DNA of 64,000 nt, from positions 4,364 through 68,363 of the forward strand of contig CAMARW010000005.1 of NCBI GenBank assembly GCA_945860865.1, read 5' to 3'. The first letter of the stretch is position 1. Every line of letters begins with the position of its first letter. Origin of the DNA: Chitinophaga pinensis (GTDB taxonomy: Bacteria > Bacteroidota > Bacteroidia > UKL13-3). Under the pieces are notes generated by a model. That model was not told where the DNA came from, searched no databases, and saw only the letters and a program-made list of their open reading frames with translations. Positions 59,381 through 64,000 of this stretch are shown in pieces. The position numbers were made by a program, and so were the translations under genes.

Positions 59381-59964
59381 GGATATTTTATCTGTACGAT
59401 GATTTCATTTTTTCTCCCAACAAATTGATAGGGGGCATTGTAACCCAAAAAGCGAAAATTTCCTTCATATTCAATGCCGTTTTCTTTTAAACTACTTTCT
59501 AATTTTTTAGCATAGGCTTTTATGCTCGTATCATCTGCATATCCGCTAAAGGTAATGGCTGCAACATATTCTTCTTTTGTAACAATTATGTTTACAGAAG
59601 TATCATTGGGCTTGGGTAGATTATTTTTCATGTAATCTGCTGGCATTACAAAACTCATAGAAGATTTTGATTCGTTTATATCCATATGAACCGGCGTGGT
59701 CATGGCAATTTTTGTATTAGAAGCATTGCCTCCAAAAATATAGCCAGCCAATTTTCTAAATCCGGGTGAAGCTAATTCTTTGTAGCTTTTGGCATTCATA
59801 CTTACGGTTGCCATAGTGGCTGCTGGGTAAAGGCGTATTTCAAAATCTTTTACAGTTTTAATTACCTTGTAATTTTGTGTTTCGGTTTGGGCCATAATTA
59901 AAAAGGTTTGAGATAAGAAAACTAAAACAGTAAGTAGGGCTATGATTACCAAAGATTTTTTCAT
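59377..59964 (-). CDS. SOUL heme-binding family protein
   Basis: 195 aa with a signal peptide and SOUL/HBP-like blocks (PGFRKLAGYIFGGN, GYNAPYQF). Confidence 0.75.
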   Translation of the reverse strand: MKKSLVIIALLTVLVFLSQTFLIMAQTETQNYKVIKTVKDFEIRLYPAATMATVSMNAKSYKELASPGFRKLAGYIFGGNASNTKIAMTTPVHMDINESKSSMSFVMPADYMKNNLPKPNDTSVNIIVTKEEYVAAITFSGYADDTSIKAYAKKLESSLKENGIEYEGNFRFLGYNAPYQFVGRKNEIIVQIKYP

Positions 59965-60481
59965 TTTGAGGATATTAATAAAGGTATATTATTTAAACAC
60001 TTTTTAGTATAAAGTGTTTAGAATCTTTTAAATATATTTTGATTTTTCTGCCGGCAACGATTAATTTTCATCGATTATTTCACTATTTCTGTAACTTACT
60101 TCTCTTCATTTTAGTTTTTGAAAAGTTATTTTTTTTAAAACTTTCATTTTAAACTAAATTCAAGGATGAGGACATTCGTAAGTATCAGAAAAATATTTGC
60201 TACCGCTGTAATGAAACCGAAAATGTGTATTTGAAGATATTTTGCATTGTATGATAGATTATGTTTTGAATACATTGTTTCAACCATTCAAAGATCTAAT
60301 CTTACAGATTTTAAAGTATTATACTTTTTGTCTTAATTTTTACATCTTTCTCACTATTTAATTATATGGCTGATGCAAGTTAATTGTACACCCATTTTAC
60401 CTATTTTAAACTATCGCTTCTGCGTGTTTTCAGAAATGTATTTTCGAATTTCGCGTTTAGAATTTGGAATTTCTTCTTAAA

Positions 60482-61858
60482 CTACTTTCCAATACAAAAC
60501 TTACTAAAGATATTCTCTAACAAATCATCTGTTGATACTTCGCCAATAATTTCGGAGAGGTGGAAAATGGCTTTGCGGATATCAAACGCCAGTAATTCGC
60601 CACTGCGGCCAATTGCCATACTTTCTAGCACCTGTTGTAAAGATTCTCCCGCCAATAATAGGCCCTGATAATGTCTGATGTTTGAAATAATAACATCGTT
60701 CTTTATTTGATCTTTGTTCAATACTTGCTTTAACCTTGATTCTAGTAAATTCATGCCAATCTGTTCTTTACTAGATAGGTATATGATATCGGTTCGGCCC
60801 GAAAATTTTTGTTTAATTTCTAACTCATGCACCAAATCTATTTTATTACCAATGGGTATCAATACTAAATCCATTTGGGCCATGGTAGCGGTTTCTTGTT
60901 CTAATGCTGCTGCGCTTGTTTCGTGCACATCAAACACATATAAAACAATACTGGCTTGCCTTATTTTTTCATGTGTTTTTTCAATTCCAATGCTTTCAAT
61001 GCTATCACTGGTATGCTCTCTAATGCCGGCAGTATCTATTAGTCTAAACTGAATGCCATCAATGATAAACGACTCTTCAATGGTATCGCGGGTGGTGCCT
61101 GCAATGGCACTAACAATGGCCCTGTCTTCTTTTACCAAGGCGTTTAACAAGGTAGATTTACCCGCATTGGGCTTGCCGGCAATTACCGTTGGAATGCCGT
61201 TTTTAATGGCATTACCAACCTTAAAGGTTTCTGTTAATCCATGTATTAAACGAACCATGTTCTGAACCAAATCTTTTAACTCGGGTCTACTGGCAAATTC
61301 CACATCTTCCTCGCTAAAATCTAGCTCTAATTCTATTAAGGAAGCAAAGTTTACCAGGCGTTCTTTTAAACCAGCAATCTCTTTGCTAAAGCCACCGCGC
61401 ATTTGGTTCATGGCGGTTTTGTGACTCATTTCAGAGTGAGAGGCAATCACATCTGCCACCGCTTCTGCCTGCGATAAGTCTAATTTTTTATTGAGAAAGG
61501 CACGCATGGTAAACTCACCAGGCTGCGCAAGTCGGGCTCCTGTCTGAACCAAAATATGCAAAATACGTTGTTGAATATAAGGAGAACCATGACAAGATAT
61601 TTCAATACTGTTTTCCCCCGTATAGCTTTTTGTGCCTTTAAATACACTTACTAATACCTCATCTACTAAATCGGCACCATCCATTATCTTACCAAAATGA
61701 AGCGTATGTGTGGGTACCTCCAATAAATTTTTACCCTTAAAGATAGTGTTTACTATTTGTATAGATTGCTCACCACTTACCCGTATTACGCCAATAGCAC
61801 CAACCCCGGCAGGTGTTGCCAAGGCACAAATGGTCTCGTCTAATTGAATTTTGTTCAT
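60482..61858 (-). CDS. mnmE: tRNA modification GTPase MnmE
   Basis: 458 aa from MNKIQLDETICALATP (61858). The track ORF starts at 61909. G-domain motifs GKPNAGKS and DTAG are present, and the protein ends in the C-terminal CIGK. Confidence 0.95.
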   Translation of the reverse strand: MNKIQLDETICALATPAGVGAIGVIRVSGEQSIQIVNTIFKGKNLLEVPTHTLHFGKIMDGADLVDEVLVSVFKGTKSYTGENSIEISCHGSPYIQQRILHILVQTGARLAQPGEFTMRAFLNKKLDLSQAEAVADVIASHSEMSHKTAMNQMRGGFSKEIAGLKERLVNFASLIELELDFSEEDVEFASRPELKDLVQNMVRLIHGLTETFKVGNAIKNGIPTVIAGKPNAGKSTLLNALVKEDRAIVSAIAGTTRDTIEESFIIDGIQFRLIDTAGIREHTSDSIESIGIEKTHEKIRQASIVLYVFDVHETSAAALEQETATMAQMDLVLIPIGNKIDLVHELEIKQKFSGRTDIIYLSSKEQIGMNLLESRLKQVLNKDQIKNDVIISNIRHYQGLLLAGESLQQVLESMAIGRSGELLAFDIRKAIFHLSEIIGEVSTDDLLENIFSKFCIGK

Positions 61859-61980
61859 GATTTCGATTTCAAATATAATTAATTCGTATTGGGAATTTTG
61901 GGTATTCATTTATGGCGGGAAATTGGGCGCGCCCAATATTACGCGTTTTGTTCGCATCACGATTTCTTCCTAATGTAATT

Positions 61981-64000
<2,020 letters not shown>

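Noticed and set aside
60384-60668. 94-aa plus-strand ORF at the mnmE 3' end
   Set aside because: Most of it is antisense to the conserved MnmE C-terminus, and no family is recognisable.
61921-61950. GGGCGCGCCC palindrome between ligA and mnmE as a terminator
   Set aside because: It has only a short GC core with AT flanks and no adjacent U-tract on the minus-strand transcript. Evidence is insufficient, though a terminator is possible.

Overview
This 64-kb window looks like chromosomal DNA from a Bacteroidota genome of the Sphingobacteriia or Flavobacteriia type. Three things point that way: low GC, a fused lpxC/fabZ gene, and PorX, GldC and an ExbB-ExbD-ExbD-TonB-PstS-like-TPR cluster. It is densely coding and mostly housekeeping. 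In order: serC-serA-DUF1015-mazG-thioredoxin, then a complete 14-gene NADH dehydrogenase operon nuoA to nuoN with the short 327-aa NuoG, then the ExbBD/TonB cluster. After that come trmD, rplS, valS, mpl, a GH92 alpha-mannosidase, a PorX-type response regulator, an HD hydrolase, a DUF3050 protein, lpxD-lpxC/fabZ-lpxA, lpxB, alaS, mnmE and ligA (cut by the window edge). A more accessory-like stretch from about 43.8 to 60 kb carries a MerR-GldC-DinB-AlkD-like run, a tryptophan-2,3-dioxygenase-family protein, and a YdeI-like protein. It also holds a START protein, a DUF2071 protein, a SOUL protein and a five-gene photolyase/cryptochrome cluster. The most interesting item is in that cluster: a 367-aa protein with the photolyase FAD-binding domain at its N-terminus and no N-terminal alpha/beta antenna domain (NewPHL-like inverted topology). 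Beside it is a 47-codon DUF2256 zinc-ribbon ORF missing from the ORF track, which overlaps the start of the downstream FeS-BCP gene as ATGA. I also see two small repeat families, neither known to me. One is a tandem heptamer (GTCCATA)n at three intergenic loci, two of them inverted pairs that bracket rplS. The other is a GC-rich hairpin with stem GGGCGGA/TCCGCCC at three gene ends, one copy apparently extending a photolyase ORF by about 28 codons. There are no CRISPR arrays, rRNA or tRNA genes, or obvious mobile elements. Every call rests on reading the translations and on family signatures recalled from memory, and no database search was possible.
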